A stretch of DNA of 64,000 nucleotides from Candidatus Kerfeldbacteria bacterium (GCA_016214565.1 JACROE010000002.1:984007-1048006); one strand, 5' to 3'. Positions 17,069-27,541 are shown, numbered from the stretch's first letter. Notes: generated from the letters alone by a model not told the origin. Numbers and translations: made by a program.

Positions 17069-17743
17069 TTATTTTTCCTTTATCGCTTTTGAGTATTCGG
17101 TATGCCAGGTGCAGAAAGGACAATCAGGAGCAGGTTTTGGCATTTTGCCATTCAATACTGATATGGCCTTCTTAAAAGCTTCAAATGAGTGCTGCGGGTC
17201 AGTCTTGAGAGTTTTCAAAGTAATTTCCATGGGGAACCGATTGTGTAGGTCATCCGATTGTGCTGGATAAAAATACAATAAATGGCCAATGCCACTCGAG
17301 GGTCGATTGTTTTTTTCTAACAGAAAAGCGTACGTATCAAGCTGCATTTGATATGCCGGAATCATTGGCCGTTCATTTGGATCAGAACTAGATGTTTTGT
17401 GATCTACAGGCGTGTAGGTACCCTTCTTGGTGACTAAACACTCATCGAGCTTACCCATTAAGCCATAATCCTCATCGTGATGGTAGAAATATACTTCCTG
17501 GAATGGATGCTGGAGTGTGCCATCGACTTTGCCTTCGAGAAGTGGCGGCAATTCGCCAATTGGTCGGTAGAGGTCAAAATATTTTTTTATAATCACGTCA
17601 AACCGGTTTGCCAATCGGGAGACAATCCCCTCTGGTTGGCGCAATTTTTTCTTATACTGAAGCCAAAAACATCGAGGGCATCGGTTAACGGTTTCTAAGC
17701 CAGTTGGTGAAAGCCAGATTTTCTTTTTTTGGGAATACGCCAT
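17069..17743 (-). CDS. PD-(D/E)XK nuclease, Cas4/AddB-like
   Basis: LSPT..CPRC, GKLD...VDHKT, QLDTY, C-terminal CPFC. Confidence 0.85.
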   Translation of the reverse strand: MAYSQKKKIWLSPTGLETVNRCPRCFWLQYKKKLRQPEGIVSRLANRFDVIIKKYFDLYRPIGELPPLLEGKVDGTLQHPFQEVYFYHHDEDYGLMGKLDECLVTKKGTYTPVDHKTSSSDPNERPMIPAYQMQLDTYAFLLEKNNRPSSGIGHLLYFYPAQSDDLHNRFPMEITLKTLKTDPQHSFEAFKKAISVLNGKMPKPAPDCPFCTWHTEYSKAIKEK

Positions 17744-17751
17744 AATAGATT

Positions 17752-18600
17752 CTATTTAAAATAAACGCGGTCGCCAATGCGCAGGTCAATATATTCACGA
17801 GGGTTTTTTTCTGCAATTACTCCTTCACTGACGATACGCCGCAGTTTTTCCAGCTGACTCTCAACAGCGCTGCTCGTATCAAAATAAATTGCGTATGGTT
17901 GATCAATAATATGTACCTTCAGTTGGGTAGACAATTTATTCGCCAGTGAGTAATTAAAAATTGGCAGGCTTGGGATTTCTTTTATCGCGGCGTGAACCGT
18001 GGAAATAAAACTTATTTTTTCTGAATCAAAAATTTCTTGTCCAATTGAAACGCCTTCCATTGAGTCATCTATAATCTGTGCCATGCCACTCCCCTCTTGC
18101 GTGATATCAGCAATAGCTCGAATAATAATACCTTGATTATTAACAAAATAGTAGGCGTTTTGGGAATACCAAATAAGCGAGGGGGGCGTTTCGGTAACCG
18201 TAATAGATATTGTTTTCTTAAAAAGTTGTACGTCAATAGTCGCTACGCTAAAAGCAAAGGCGTCTTTAATATGCTGCCCCTCGCGTGTTTCATCAAAAGC
18301 AAATAAATTTGATTGCGGTATGAGACCCCAGCGATGTTTTTTTAAATCTTTTGTAATAGTTGAAAAAACAGCGCGTGCTTGATCGTTATTGGTACCGGTT
18401 ATTTGGACCGTCGCCACTGCCAACCAAGGGCTCAGCAGCAAGAAATAAATGATTGCAAGCAACAGGCAGATGCCTGCCCAAGCCACCAGGCCAAAATGCT
18501 CAATCACAAAAGATTTCCAATTTCGCTGGACATTAATCGGGTTCTGGTGATAGCCAGATGATTCCCCTCCACGGTAACGGTATGATACAGGGATTGGCAT
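17752..18600 (-). CDS. ftsQ: FtsQ/DivIB-like cell division protein
   Basis: TM + POTRA-like region (VQITGTN), C-terminal EYIDLRIGDRVYFK; lies downstream of ddl. Confidence 0.7.
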   Translation of the reverse strand: MPIPVSYRYRGGESSGYHQNPINVQRNWKSFVIEHFGLVAWAGICLLLAIIYFLLLSPWLAVATVQITGTNNDQARAVFSTITKDLKKHRWGLIPQSNLFAFDETREGQHIKDAFAFSVATIDVQLFKKTISITVTETPPSLIWYSQNAYYFVNNQGIIIRAIADITQEGSGMAQIIDDSMEGVSIGQEIFDSEKISFISTVHAAIKEIPSLPIFNYSLANKLSTQLKVHIIDQPYAIYFDTSSAVESQLEKLRRIVSEGVIAEKNPREYIDLRIGDRVYFK

Positions 18601-18603
18601 AGG

Positions 18604-19731
18604 TTAATGGTACCAATTGCTCTTTGGCTGGTATGAGGTAAGCAAGTTCTTCTTTTGCTTAAATCGTTCAAGAGCGAGCGCTATAAGTTTTTCTAGCAGT
18701 TTAGAATAGGACAGCCCCGACGCCTGCCACAGCTTCGGATACATAGAGATCGAGGTAAATCCCGGAATAGTATTAATTTCATTCAAAAATACCCGGCCAT
18801 CTTTTTTTGATACGAGGAAATCCACCCGGGCTAAACCAGCGCAATTGCAGGCGGTAAAAGCCTGGACTGCCCACCGCTGAATGGCGGTTATAATGTTTTT
18901 GGGCAGGCGGGCGGGAATCTGGTCAAAGGACTTGCCGTCTACATACTTCGCATCATAATCATAGAACTCATTTGAAGAAATTATTTCTCCGGGCAGTGAT
19001 GCTTGGGGCTGGTCATTACCCAGCACCGCCACTTCAATTTCCCGCGGTTGAACAACCGCTTTTTCTATAATAATTTTGCGATCGTAGCGGCCGGCGTAGC
19101 GAATGGCAGCAATCAGGTCTCGCTGTGTTTTCACCTTTGATATGCCGACGGACGAACCCAGATTGGCCGGTTTCACAAACACCGGATAACCTAATTGCTG
19201 AACCGCGCGTAACACAGTAGCGCGTCGCTTCGATAGGTCGTCGAGTTTGACAGAGGTGTAGGGCACTACCGGAATGTCCAACTGTTGACATACCTGCTTT
19301 TGTACGACTTTATCCATGGCCACGGCAGAACCAAGCACGCCAGACCCGACGTACGGAATGTTAGCAAGCTCCAACAAGCCCTGGATCGTGCCATCTTCGC
19401 CGTATGGTCCGTGCAGCACTGGAAATACAACATCGAGCGTAGATAATTGGTGCTCAATTTTTTTCTTGGTCCTTACCGTTACCAATCCACGAGCATTCGC
19501 GTCCGGTGTAATAATCGACTCTGAAGGTGTCGAAAGCTGCGTGTTACCTTTAAGCCGTCGCAGTGGATTTGCCTCGGTGACCCAGGCGCCGGATTTAGTT
19601 ATACCAATCGGAACAACCTCAAATTTTTTCGGATTTAAATGCTGCATCACGGACGTGGCTGAAACAAGCGAAACTTCATGCTCGCTTGAGCGTCCGCCAA
19701 AAATGATGCCTATTCTAATCCGTTTAGCCAT
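18604..19731 (-). CDS. ddl: D-alanine--D-alanine ligase
   Basis: FGGRSSEHEVS, LHGPYGEDG, GSSVG, FYDYDAKY, NEINTIPG. Confidence 0.97.
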   Translation of the reverse strand: MAKRIRIGIIFGGRSSEHEVSLVSATSVMQHLNPKKFEVVPIGITKSGAWVTEANPLRRLKGNTQLSTPSESIITPDANARGLVTVRTKKKIEHQLSTLDVVFPVLHGPYGEDGTIQGLLELANIPYVGSGVLGSAVAMDKVVQKQVCQQLDIPVVPYTSVKLDDLSKRRATVLRAVQQLGYPVFVKPANLGSSVGISKVKTQRDLIAAIRYAGRYDRKIIIEKAVVQPREIEVAVLGNDQPQASLPGEIISSNEFYDYDAKYVDGKSFDQIPARLPKNIITAIQRWAVQAFTACNCAGLARVDFLVSKKDGRVFLNEINTIPGFTSISMYPKLWQASGLSYSKLLEKLIALALERFKQKKNLLTSYQPKSNWYH

Positions 19732-19736
19732 ACGTA

Positions 19737-19955
19737 TTACGTTTCCTTTTCGGTTGGCTCGTCTGGTTTATGCTCCCAGAGGCCGGATCCATCTACATAT
19801 TCGGGATGCCCTGAATCACTACCAGCCATGCACGAGGTGCATTCGCCAAAAGTTTCACCGGCTCGGTAGTGGTGGGAAAATCCGCAAGGAGAGCAAACGT
19901 AATTCCCTTCGAGCGGGACAATTTCTCCTTTATCAAATACTTTGGTTTCTTGCAT
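19737..19955 (-). CDS. Small zinc-ribbon protein
   Basis: GNYVCSPCG...FGECTSC; tightly packed between alr and ddl. Confidence 0.7.
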   Translation of the reverse strand: MQETKVFDKGEIVPLEGNYVCSPCGFSHHYRAGETFGECTSCMAGSDSGHPEYVDGSGLWEHKPDEPTEKET

Positions 19956-19962
19956 AGGTAGT

Positions 19963-21087
19963 TTATGCCACGATTATACGTGGAATTAATGGGTTTATTC
20001 GAGTGACAATTTCATAGTTGATAGTTCCTGCGTGATGCGCTAAGTCGTCTGCAGATATCCGTACGGCTCCAGTATAGCCAATGAGCGTGGCTCTGTCACT
20101 TGCCGCGACGCTCGACACTCCGGTGACATCCACCATCATGAGATTCATGCAAATCCGGCCACGGACCGGGCATTTCTTGCCTTTTATAATTACCGAAGCG
20201 ACATTAGACAGCTTTCGATCATAGCCATCCCAATAGCCAACCGGCAGTATAGCTAATTTCATAGCGTGTGCTGAGCGGTATGTTTGGCCATATCCAATGC
20301 GACTTCCCGCCGGAATTTCTTTTACTTGGATGACACGCGTGTGCCAGGATAAGGCAGGCAGCAAGCGGACTGAGGTATGTTTCGATTCAATTGAATTCAG
20401 CCCATACAATGCGATACCGGCACGAACGAGGTCAAGATGAGTCCTCGGGTTAAGCATGAGGGCGGCTGAACAGGCCGCATGTTTAATTGGTATGCGTATT
20501 CCGGCAGTTTCAATGGATGTTATGACATTTGCAAATAGCGCGTGCTGTCGTTTGGTAACTTTTTGATCGGGGTTTTCTGCATCAGCAAAATGGGTAAAAA
20601 TCCCCTCCACCACTAGGTGATCAAGTGCTCTTAATTTGAGCGCGAGTCGAACCGCGTCAGCAGGTAGCACGCCAAGGCGAGATGTGCCGGTGTCTATTTT
20701 CAAATGGACATAGGCCTTCACTTGTAGCTGTTTTGCTACTGCATTAATTGATCGGGCAGCAGATAGCCCGTATACCGGTAGCCGGATTTTTTTTCGAATG
20801 ACATCAGAGAGTAAGGCGGGGTCGAAAAAACTCAAGATAAGAATTTTAGCGTGGCGGTTTAATTGCCGCAATCGAAGCGCTTCATCTGCATTTACCACGC
20901 CAATCCAGGCTGTCCGCGCTGCAGTTAGGATTTTCGTGAGCTGCTCAAATCCATGTCCGTATGCGTTGCTTTTAATAATCGGCATGAATTGGGTGCCGGG
21001 CGAAAGCAAACGTCGCAGCGTGCGGATGTTATGCAATATCGCGCTGCGTGAAATTTCCACCCAGGTGATTGGCAGGTGTTGAGACAT
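19963..21087 (-). CDS. alr: Alanine racemase
   Basis: IKSNAYGHG (PLP Lys), KIDTGTSRLG, GRICM, GTINYE. Confidence 0.96.
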   Translation of the reverse strand: MSQHLPITWVEISRSAILHNIRTLRRLLSPGTQFMPIIKSNAYGHGFEQLTKILTAARTAWIGVVNADEALRLRQLNRHAKILILSFFDPALLSDVIRKKIRLPVYGLSAARSINAVAKQLQVKAYVHLKIDTGTSRLGVLPADAVRLALKLRALDHLVVEGIFTHFADAENPDQKVTKRQHALFANVITSIETAGIRIPIKHAACSAALMLNPRTHLDLVRAGIALYGLNSIESKHTSVRLLPALSWHTRVIQVKEIPAGSRIGYGQTYRSAHAMKLAILPVGYWDGYDRKLSNVASVIIKGKKCPVRGRICMNLMMVDVTGVSSVAASDRATLIGYTGAVRISADDLAHHAGTINYEIVTRINPLIPRIIVA

Positions 21088-21089
21088 GA

Positions 21090-22358
21090 TTACGACGTAA
21101 TTGAAGTTAAACCAAAGGTAAATGGATGCAGTACTTTTGGTATGGCGATTGATCCGTCGGCCCGCTGATGCTGTTCAAGGATGGCAATCAAGGTACGCGG
21201 GGTCATCGCGGTTGCATTGAGGATATGCACAAACTGAGTTTTGCCTTCCTTGGTTTTATAGCGGATATTATTCAAACGTGCTTGATAATCGGTACAATTG
21301 GACGCAGAATGGGTTTCACGGTATTTCTTCTCGGACGGTATCCAACATTCGAGATCGGTGACGCGCGATGACGGACGTGGCAAATCCCCGGTGCATACGG
21401 CGAGTAAATGATACGATAACTCCAGTTGAGATATGATTGACTCCTGTAGGGCGACGAGCTCATCGAAGACTTTAACTGCGTTGTGTGGAGTCGTCAGCAC
21501 GACCAATTCTTGCTTATCGAATTGATGGACTCGTAAGATTCCTTTAGTGTCTTTACCGTAGCTTCCCGCTTCTCGTCGGAAGCAGCTGGAGTATGTGGTA
21601 TATTTTCGCGGCAAATCAGTTTCCTGAAGTATTTCGTCGCGGTGATATGGCAAGAGCGCGTGCTCGCCTGTTCCTACCAAATACAGCCCATCCTGTTCCA
21701 ATAGATAAGCCTCACCCCCCTCAACATACGAATCGTAGCCACTATCAACCATAACTTCTTTTTTAACCAACACCGGTGAATAAAAAGGCGTAAAGCCAGC
21801 CTTTAAGATTTCTTGTAGCGTAAATTGCACTAAGGCATTCCACAGGATTGCCCCACGCCCCGTCAAAAACCCAAAGCGTGAGCCGCTAATTTTTGCCGCT
21901 CGTTCAGTATCAATCAATCCATGTCGCTCTGCCAATGTGACGTAGTCAAGGGGTGTGAAGGAAAACTTTGTTTGCTCACCAACAACTCTTATTTCTTTAT
22001 TATCTTTATCCGTGGCTCCATTTGGTGTTTCTGCTGCAGGTAGATTTGGTATTTTTCGCAAACTGTCTTGCAGTGTTACTTCACAAGTCCGCAAGTCCGC
22101 TGTCAGTGACTCTTCTTGGCTTTTAAGTTTTGCAAATTTGGCAATCGCTTTTTTCTTTTCTGCGTCAGCAAGTTTCAAAATCTCTTTGGAAAAAGAGTTT
22201 TTTTGTGCATTAATCACTTCGAGTTCTTGGGAAAGTTTCTTTCGTTTTTCATCAACACTGAGAATACTGGTAATTTCATCGGCAAAACGTTTGCTTCGTC
22301 GTTGTAATGCTTTTTTTACCTCTTCTGTATTCGAACGAATGTATTTAATGTCGAGCAT
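21090..22358 (-). CDS. serS: Serine--tRNA ligase
   Basis: MLDIKYIR, coiled-coil arm, CFRREAGSYGKDTKGILRVHQFDK. Confidence 0.97.
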   Translation of the reverse strand: MLDIKYIRSNTEEVKKALQRRSKRFADEITSILSVDEKRKKLSQELEVINAQKNSFSKEILKLADAEKKKAIAKFAKLKSQEESLTADLRTCEVTLQDSLRKIPNLPAAETPNGATDKDNKEIRVVGEQTKFSFTPLDYVTLAERHGLIDTERAAKISGSRFGFLTGRGAILWNALVQFTLQEILKAGFTPFYSPVLVKKEVMVDSGYDSYVEGGEAYLLEQDGLYLVGTGEHALLPYHRDEILQETDLPRKYTTYSSCFRREAGSYGKDTKGILRVHQFDKQELVVLTTPHNAVKVFDELVALQESIISQLELSYHLLAVCTGDLPRPSSRVTDLECWIPSEKKYRETHSASNCTDYQARLNNIRYKTKEGKTQFVHILNATAMTPRTLIAILEQHQRADGSIAIPKVLHPFTFGLTSITS

Positions 22359-22364
22359 ATATAA

Positions 22365-22865
22365 TTATTGTTGAGGTTCGTCTCCCGGTGCTTGATTATC
22401 ACCATCGTGTCGATGTTCAAATCGAAATTCGATCCGGCCGAGAACCACTAATACAATTAATGCAGCAGCGGTAGCGATAAAGGCGATCGTGTACATACCC
22501 AGACCAACAGCCATGCCAAGAGCTGCCACTACCCAGATACCGGCGGCGGTCGTTAAACCATGAATTGATCCCCTGCCTTGGATAATAGCGCCAGCGCCGA
22601 GGAAGCCGATACCGGTGACTACCTGGGCAGCAATGCGGGTAATGTCCACGACGCCATTGGGATCATACTGGTTGATCGCACTTAATGAAATCAGCATCAG
22701 AACTGTAGCGCCAAGCGAAACCATTATATTAGTCCGCAACCCAGCCGGTTTATGATAAAATTTTCGTTCTAAACCAATAATGCCGGACAAAAGTAAAGAG
22801 AGTCCGATACGGATAATAATATCCAATGTGGTTAATTCGCCTATTGTTTCTGGGGTTGGTGTCAT
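22365..22865 (-). CDS. MgtC/SapB family membrane protein
   Basis: IGLER..KPAGLRT, QVVTGIGFLGAG, GLTTAA. Confidence 0.92.
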   Translation of the reverse strand: MTPTPETIGELTTLDIIIRIGLSLLLSGIIGLERKFYHKPAGLRTNIMVSLGATVLMLISLSAINQYDPNGVVDITRIAAQVVTGIGFLGAGAIIQGRGSIHGLTTAAGIWVVAALGMAVGLGMYTIAFIATAAALIVLVVLGRIEFRFEHRHDGDNQAPGDEPQQ

Positions 22866-22872
22866 ATAGTTG

Positions 22873-23430
22873 TTACAGTCCTAATGTTTGATGAATATTT
22901 TGAAGTGCGGTAAGCACGATGGTTACATGTTCGTCTAGTGGCAAATTCAGTTCAGCTGCGCCTTGGCGTATTTCATCGCGATTTACCTGTCGGGCGAATG
23001 CGGGTTGATTAATCTTTTTAATCACTGACTCCACGGTGACTTCGGATAATTTTTTATTGGGGCGGACAAGCGCTACCGCGACAATCAATCCACATAATTC
23101 GTCAACTGCGAATATTGCCTTTTTTGCTTGCGTGTCCCGTGGTTTGCCGGTGTGAGCCGCGTGCGCTAGGATTGTTTCGATAAAATCATCCGCATACCCC
23201 TTTGTACGAAGTATTTCACTACCGCGATATGGATGGTCTTTTAAGTCGGGGTAGCGTTCGTAATCGAAGTCATGCAAAAGGCCAACCATCCCCCACCAAT
23301 CAACGTCTTCTTCAAATTTCGTCGCATATGCACGCATAGCGGCTTCAACCGCAAACATATGCTTTTGCAGGTTAGGATTTTGAACGTACTCGTTAAGTAG
23401 TAAAAGTGCGTCTGCTCTAGTCGGCGTCAT
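22873..23430 (-). CDS. HD-domain phosphohydrolase
   Basis: KHMFAVEAAM, GLLHDFDYE, FAVDELCG. Confidence 0.88.
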   Translation of the reverse strand: MTPTRADALLLLNEYVQNPNLQKHMFAVEAAMRAYATKFEEDVDWWGMVGLLHDFDYERYPDLKDHPYRGSEILRTKGYADDFIETILAHAAHTGKPRDTQAKKAIFAVDELCGLIVAVALVRPNKKLSEVTVESVIKKINQPAFARQVNRDEIRQGAAELNLPLDEHVTIVLTALQNIHQTLGL

Positions 23431-24898
23431 GATCAGTCACAGGCTTAAGCGTGGGAAATAAAATAACTTCCTTTAAATTTTGAGAATCAGTCAATAGTGC
23501 CACTAAGCGATCGATGCCAATTCCAATACCGGCGGTTGGGGGCATTCCATGAGACAGAGCTTCAATAAAGTCCTCGTCTATCCGCTGGGCTTCATCATCT
23601 CCTGCCGCGCGCATCTCTTCTTGGTTTGCAAATCGCGCACGTTGATCAATTGGATCATTTAATTCAGTAAAAGCATTGCATAATTCCGTGCGCCCAGCTA
23701 GCAGCTGAAATCGCTCAACGTAGCGTTCATTCCCAGAGCATTTTTTTGCCAATGGTGATAATTCAATCGGGTACTCGATAATAAATGTAGGATCGATTGT
23801 ATTTTTTCGTACGGTTTCCTTAAATAGCTCATCCATCAGCTTGGCTCTATTCGATTTGGGATCGAATGATACTGCTCTTGCAGTCAGTGCTTTTCGCAAG
23901 TCGTCATCACTCGCTGTATCAATATCCACTTTTGCATTGTGCTTTATTGCGTCGCGAAATTTAGTAATGTGATACGGAGCGGTAAAATTAATTTCCTGAT
24001 TGTGAGTTGTAATGGTCAAAGTACCGTGCAAAGCTTGCACAATTGAAGTAATTATCGTTTCGGTAAATTTCATCATCTGCGCATAATCCCAATAAGCGGC
24101 ATACATTTCAATTTGGGTAAACTCAGGATTATGATCACGATCAATACCTTCATTACGAAAACATCTCGCGATTTCGTATACCTTTTCAAATCCACCGACA
24201 ATCAACCGCTTGAGATACAATTCAGGAGCAATCCGTAAATAAAGATCAGCATCCAACGCATTATGATGTGTGATGAAGGGGCGCGCTGTAGCACCGCCTG
24301 GAATTGATTGTAAAACCGGCGTATCAACCTCCATAAATCCTTCTGCCTCAACGACGCTTCGAAGGGTTTTGATTAACAGTGCTCGTTTGCGGAAAATATC
24401 TTTAATTCCTTCATTTGAAATAAGATCGAGGTAACGCTTACGATAACGGATTTCTACGTCGGATAAACCATGCCATTTTTCAGGTAACGGCAGTAGCGAT
24501 TTGCTGAGCATGCTGTAGTCAGTGGCAAGGATAGTTTTTTCGCCGCGTTTGGTGGTAAATGGAGTGCCCGTCAGACTAATAAAGTCGCCAATATCCACGG
24601 TGGTGCTAAATAAATCATATTGCCCGGCATTCATGGTGTCTTTTTTCAAATATCCCTGGATTGATCCGGAGTCATCTGTAATAGTGACAAAAGTAGAACC
24701 ACCGTGAGCTCGAATACTTTTAATTCGGCCCGGAATGGTCAGAGGTTTACCCGTACCCAAAAATTGATCGAATGATCGAACGATGTAATCGATGCTTTGC
24801 CGGCGACTTGTCCGCGGCGGATACGGATCTATGCCCGCTTGACGGAGTTGATCAAGTTTTTTAATCCGAATAAGATATTCTTCGTCGATTCGAGACAT
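23417..24898 (-). CDS. lysS: Lysine--tRNA ligase (class II)
   Basis: RYRKRYLDL, YLRIAPELYLK, FRNEG, GMPPTAGIGIGIDR. Confidence 0.97.
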   Translation of the reverse strand: MSRIDEEYLIRIKKLDQLRQAGIDPYPPRTSRRQSIDYIVRSFDQFLGTGKPLTIPGRIKSIRAHGGSTFVTITDDSGSIQGYLKKDTMNAGQYDLFSTTVDIGDFISLTGTPFTTKRGEKTILATDYSMLSKSLLPLPEKWHGLSDVEIRYRKRYLDLISNEGIKDIFRKRALLIKTLRSVVEAEGFMEVDTPVLQSIPGGATARPFITHHNALDADLYLRIAPELYLKRLIVGGFEKVYEIARCFRNEGIDRDHNPEFTQIEMYAAYWDYAQMMKFTETIITSIVQALHGTLTITTHNQEINFTAPYHITKFRDAIKHNAKVDIDTASDDDLRKALTARAVSFDPKSNRAKLMDELFKETVRKNTIDPTFIIEYPIELSPLAKKCSGNERYVERFQLLAGRTELCNAFTELNDPIDQRARFANQEEMRAAGDDEAQRIDEDFIEALSHGMPPTAGIGIGIDRLVALLTDSQNLKEVILFPTLKPVTDHDAD

Positions 24899-24986
24899 GC
24901 TAAAAATATTAGTCAGTGAAGATAAGCATAGCAAAAAAGGCCATATTTCGCAATAAAGTAGCCATTCGGGCTTATTTATTGATTGA

Positions 24987-25457
24987 TTAACTCACAATTG
25001 CTAATATCTCAATTTTTGTAGTGCCTTTAGGAAGGTCAATTTGAACTATATCCCCCTTTTTTTTGCCTAAAAAAGCCTGACCCAAGGGGGATTCGTTAGA
25101 AATAATACCCTGGGCTGGATCGGCTTCATTTGACCCGACTATGACATATTCTCGCTCGCCGGAATGATCTTTAATCCGTATCCGAGAGCCCACCCGGACA
25201 ATGCCGTCAGAACCTTTCGATTTTTGAATAATGGTAGCGTTTCTAATAATCGTCTCAATCTCCATAATGCGCCCCTCGACAAATCCTTGTTCATTTTTTG
25301 CTTCTACGTACTCGGCATTTTCTGAAAGATCACCGAGTTCTTTGGCAGATTGTATACGCTCAGCGATTTGTGCACGTTTAACATTCTTCAATTCATGAAG
25401 TTCTTTTTTGAGCTTTTCAAGCCCTACCATAGTAATAAATGTGTCTCGATCATTCAT
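24987..25457 (-). CDS. greA: Transcription elongation factor GreA
   Basis: GDLSENAEY, ISNESPLGQA. Confidence 0.96.
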   Translation of the reverse strand: MNDRDTFITMVGLEKLKKELHELKNVKRAQIAERIQSAKELGDLSENAEYVEAKNEQGFVEGRIMEIETIIRNATIIQKSKGSDGIVRVGSRIRIKDHSGEREYVIVGSNEADPAQGIISNESPLGQAFLGKKKGDIVQIDLPKGTTKIEILAIVS

Positions 25458-25571
25458 ACTCGTATCATTAGTTGCGTATATCAAATATCATCGAAATAAT
25501 AATCAGCACCGGCCATTCATAAATGGCATGGGCATGTGTTTATATATACGGCATTACTTATTTGCTGAGCA

Positions 25572-25600
25572 ATTCTACTATCTCCTCATAATCATGTCAA
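25572..25600 (-). promoter_or_regulatory. greA promoter
   Basis: TTGACA-N17-TAGAAT. Confidence 0.65.
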
Positions 25601-25612
25601 GACAGTGCCGGA

Positions 25613-27541
25613 TTATTGAGGTCGGGGCACATCACGAAACCAATATTGAAGGCCCTTAAGCGCAACAGGAAGTGCGGCATCATTTCCCTCGCCACCTGCT
25701 TCGACAATGACCGCAATAGCGATTTCGGGGTTGTCAAATGGTGCATAAGCGGTAAACCAGGAGTGTGTTTTATTATCTGCTCCAAACTGCGCAGTTCCTG
25801 TTTTACCGCCAGCCGCCACTGGTAACTCTTGGAGACGTCGGGCGCTTCCACTTAATACTGCTTCACGCAGTGCATTTTGAACAGCCTTTAAGTTTTTTTC
25901 AGACGCAACATGATCCCTGATAATTTTTGGTTCAACAGGTTGAACATTGAGTCCGTCAGGGCTTGAAAATGAATCTGCCAGACGAGGCTGAAATACCGTA
26001 CCGCCATTTGCAATCATGGCGATGTAATTTGCCACCTGCAAAGGGGTAACCAGCAAATCTCCCTGTCCGATACTTAAATGATACGTGTCACCAATATACC
26101 AGCGCTCGCCTTTGGTTTCTTCTTTCCATTCTTTCGTCGGCAAAAACCCGTCTGATTCACCAGGCACATCAATACCCAGCAACGTATTTAAACCAAATTT
26201 TTCCAAATACGATCTGATTTTATCAACTCCCAGACCGGTGTGTGTTTCGTCCCCGCCGCCTACAAGATAAAAATACGTATTAACTGATTCGGCGATGGCT
26301 TTTGCTAGATTAGTTTGTCCATGACCACCCGCTTTCCAATCAGGAAAAAACCACTCTCCAATTCGAATTCCACCGGTACTGGAAACGGTTGTCTGTGGCG
26401 TTATTATTCCTTCCTCAAGTCCGGCTAGCGCTATTAAGGGCTTGATAGTCGATCCTGACGGGTATTCCCCTGAAACAGGCCGATTAAAAAGGGGGCGCTT
26501 ATCATTGGCAATAAGCTCAGCGTATCGATCGGCGGAAATACCCTTGTTGAATTCATTATTATCATATGTTGGCACCGAAACAAGCGCTCTGATGCCACCG
26601 GTTTTTGGATCAATAGCGACTGCTGCACCCCCTGTAACGTTTTTGTGACTGGACATGTATTCTGAAAGTGCTTCGCCTAGTGTTTTTTGCAATTCTGCAT
26701 CGATGGTCAATATAATATTTTTTCCTGGCGAGGGTAACTGTTCACTGAGAACTTTTATCTCTTTTCCTAATGAATCAACCTCTACTTCCTTTTTTCCGTA
26801 AGTTCCGCGAAGAGTTGATTCATAAAATTGTTCAATTCCCGAAGCACCAATAACATCATCGTATAAATATTCAGGATGTTCGGTTAACTGAGTTTCTGAA
26901 ATTTTGCTTAAATAACCAAGGTTGTGTGAAAAATATTCTCCGCCGGTATATTCTCGAAAAGTGTCTGCTTGAATCGTTATGCCGGGTAATGAAGCACTTT
27001 CAATTTGTAGTAACAGTGCAGTGTCATACGGTATGTGTTCAACGATAACCCGAGGCTCAAATAAGTACGGTTCAAGTGCATTTATTTTGTCAGATAGTTC
27101 TGATTCGTCTATACCAATTTTCGTACTCAGTTTGTTGATAATCGCAGCTCGCGTTGTTAAATCTTCGGGAAAATCAGCGGTTGTCACAGATAGTGTAAAA
27201 TTAGCCACATTACGCGCAAGTATCGTCCCATGGCGATCATATAGAATACCTCGAGGCGCTTTAACTTCATGAATTCGAATGCGATTATCTTCAGCGGCCG
27301 CCCGAAAATCACCACCTGAAATAATTTGCAAATACGCGGTTCTAAACAGCAATATTCCAAAAAATATAAGGATACCGATAAATACCCAACGCAACCGACG
27401 TACATCAAAATTGGACGTAAGATATGTATCAGAGTCCCTCGTTGGTATATACGAATTTTCTACCCAAGCCACACGGTACTGTCTCCGGCTGATATGACGA
27501 TTCTGCTCATCGCCTATTGAAAAAATGTCGTTGTGTTTCAT
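25613..27541 (-). CDS. mrdA: Penicillin-binding protein 2
   Basis: RGILYDR, SxxK (STIK), SxN (SVN), KTG motifs; follows mreD. Confidence 0.95.
   Translation of the reverse strand: MKHNDIFSIGDEQNRHISRRQYRVAWVENSYIPTRDSDTYLTSNFDVRRLRWVFIGILIFFGILLFRTAYLQIISGGDFRAAAEDNRIRIHEVKAPRGILYDRHGTILARNVANFTLSVTTADFPEDLTTRAAIINKLSTKIGIDESELSDKINALEPYLFEPRVIVEHIPYDTALLLQIESASLPGITIQADTFREYTGGEYFSHNLGYLSKISETQLTEHPEYLYDDVIGASGIEQFYESTLRGTYGKKEVEVDSLGKEIKVLSEQLPSPGKNIILTIDAELQKTLGEALSEYMSSHKNVTGGAAVAIDPKTGGIRALVSVPTYDNNEFNKGISADRYAELIANDKRPLFNRPVSGEYPSGSTIKPLIALAGLEEGIITPQTTVSSTGGIRIGEWFFPDWKAGGHGQTNLAKAIAESVNTYFYLVGGGDETHTGLGVDKIRSYLEKFGLNTLLGIDVPGESDGFLPTKEWKEETKGERWYIGDTYHLSIGQGDLLVTPLQVANYIAMIANGGTVFQPRLADSFSSPDGLNVQPVEPKIIRDHVASEKNLKAVQNALREAVLSGSARRLQELPVAAGGKTGTAQFGADNKTHSWFTAYAPFDNPEIAIAVIVEAGGEGNDAALPVALKGLQYWFRDVPRPQ

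Noticed and set aside
17069-17743. CRISPR-Cas locus suggested by the Cas4-like nuclease
   Set aside because: No cas1/cas2 and no repeat-spacer array seen anywhere in the window.
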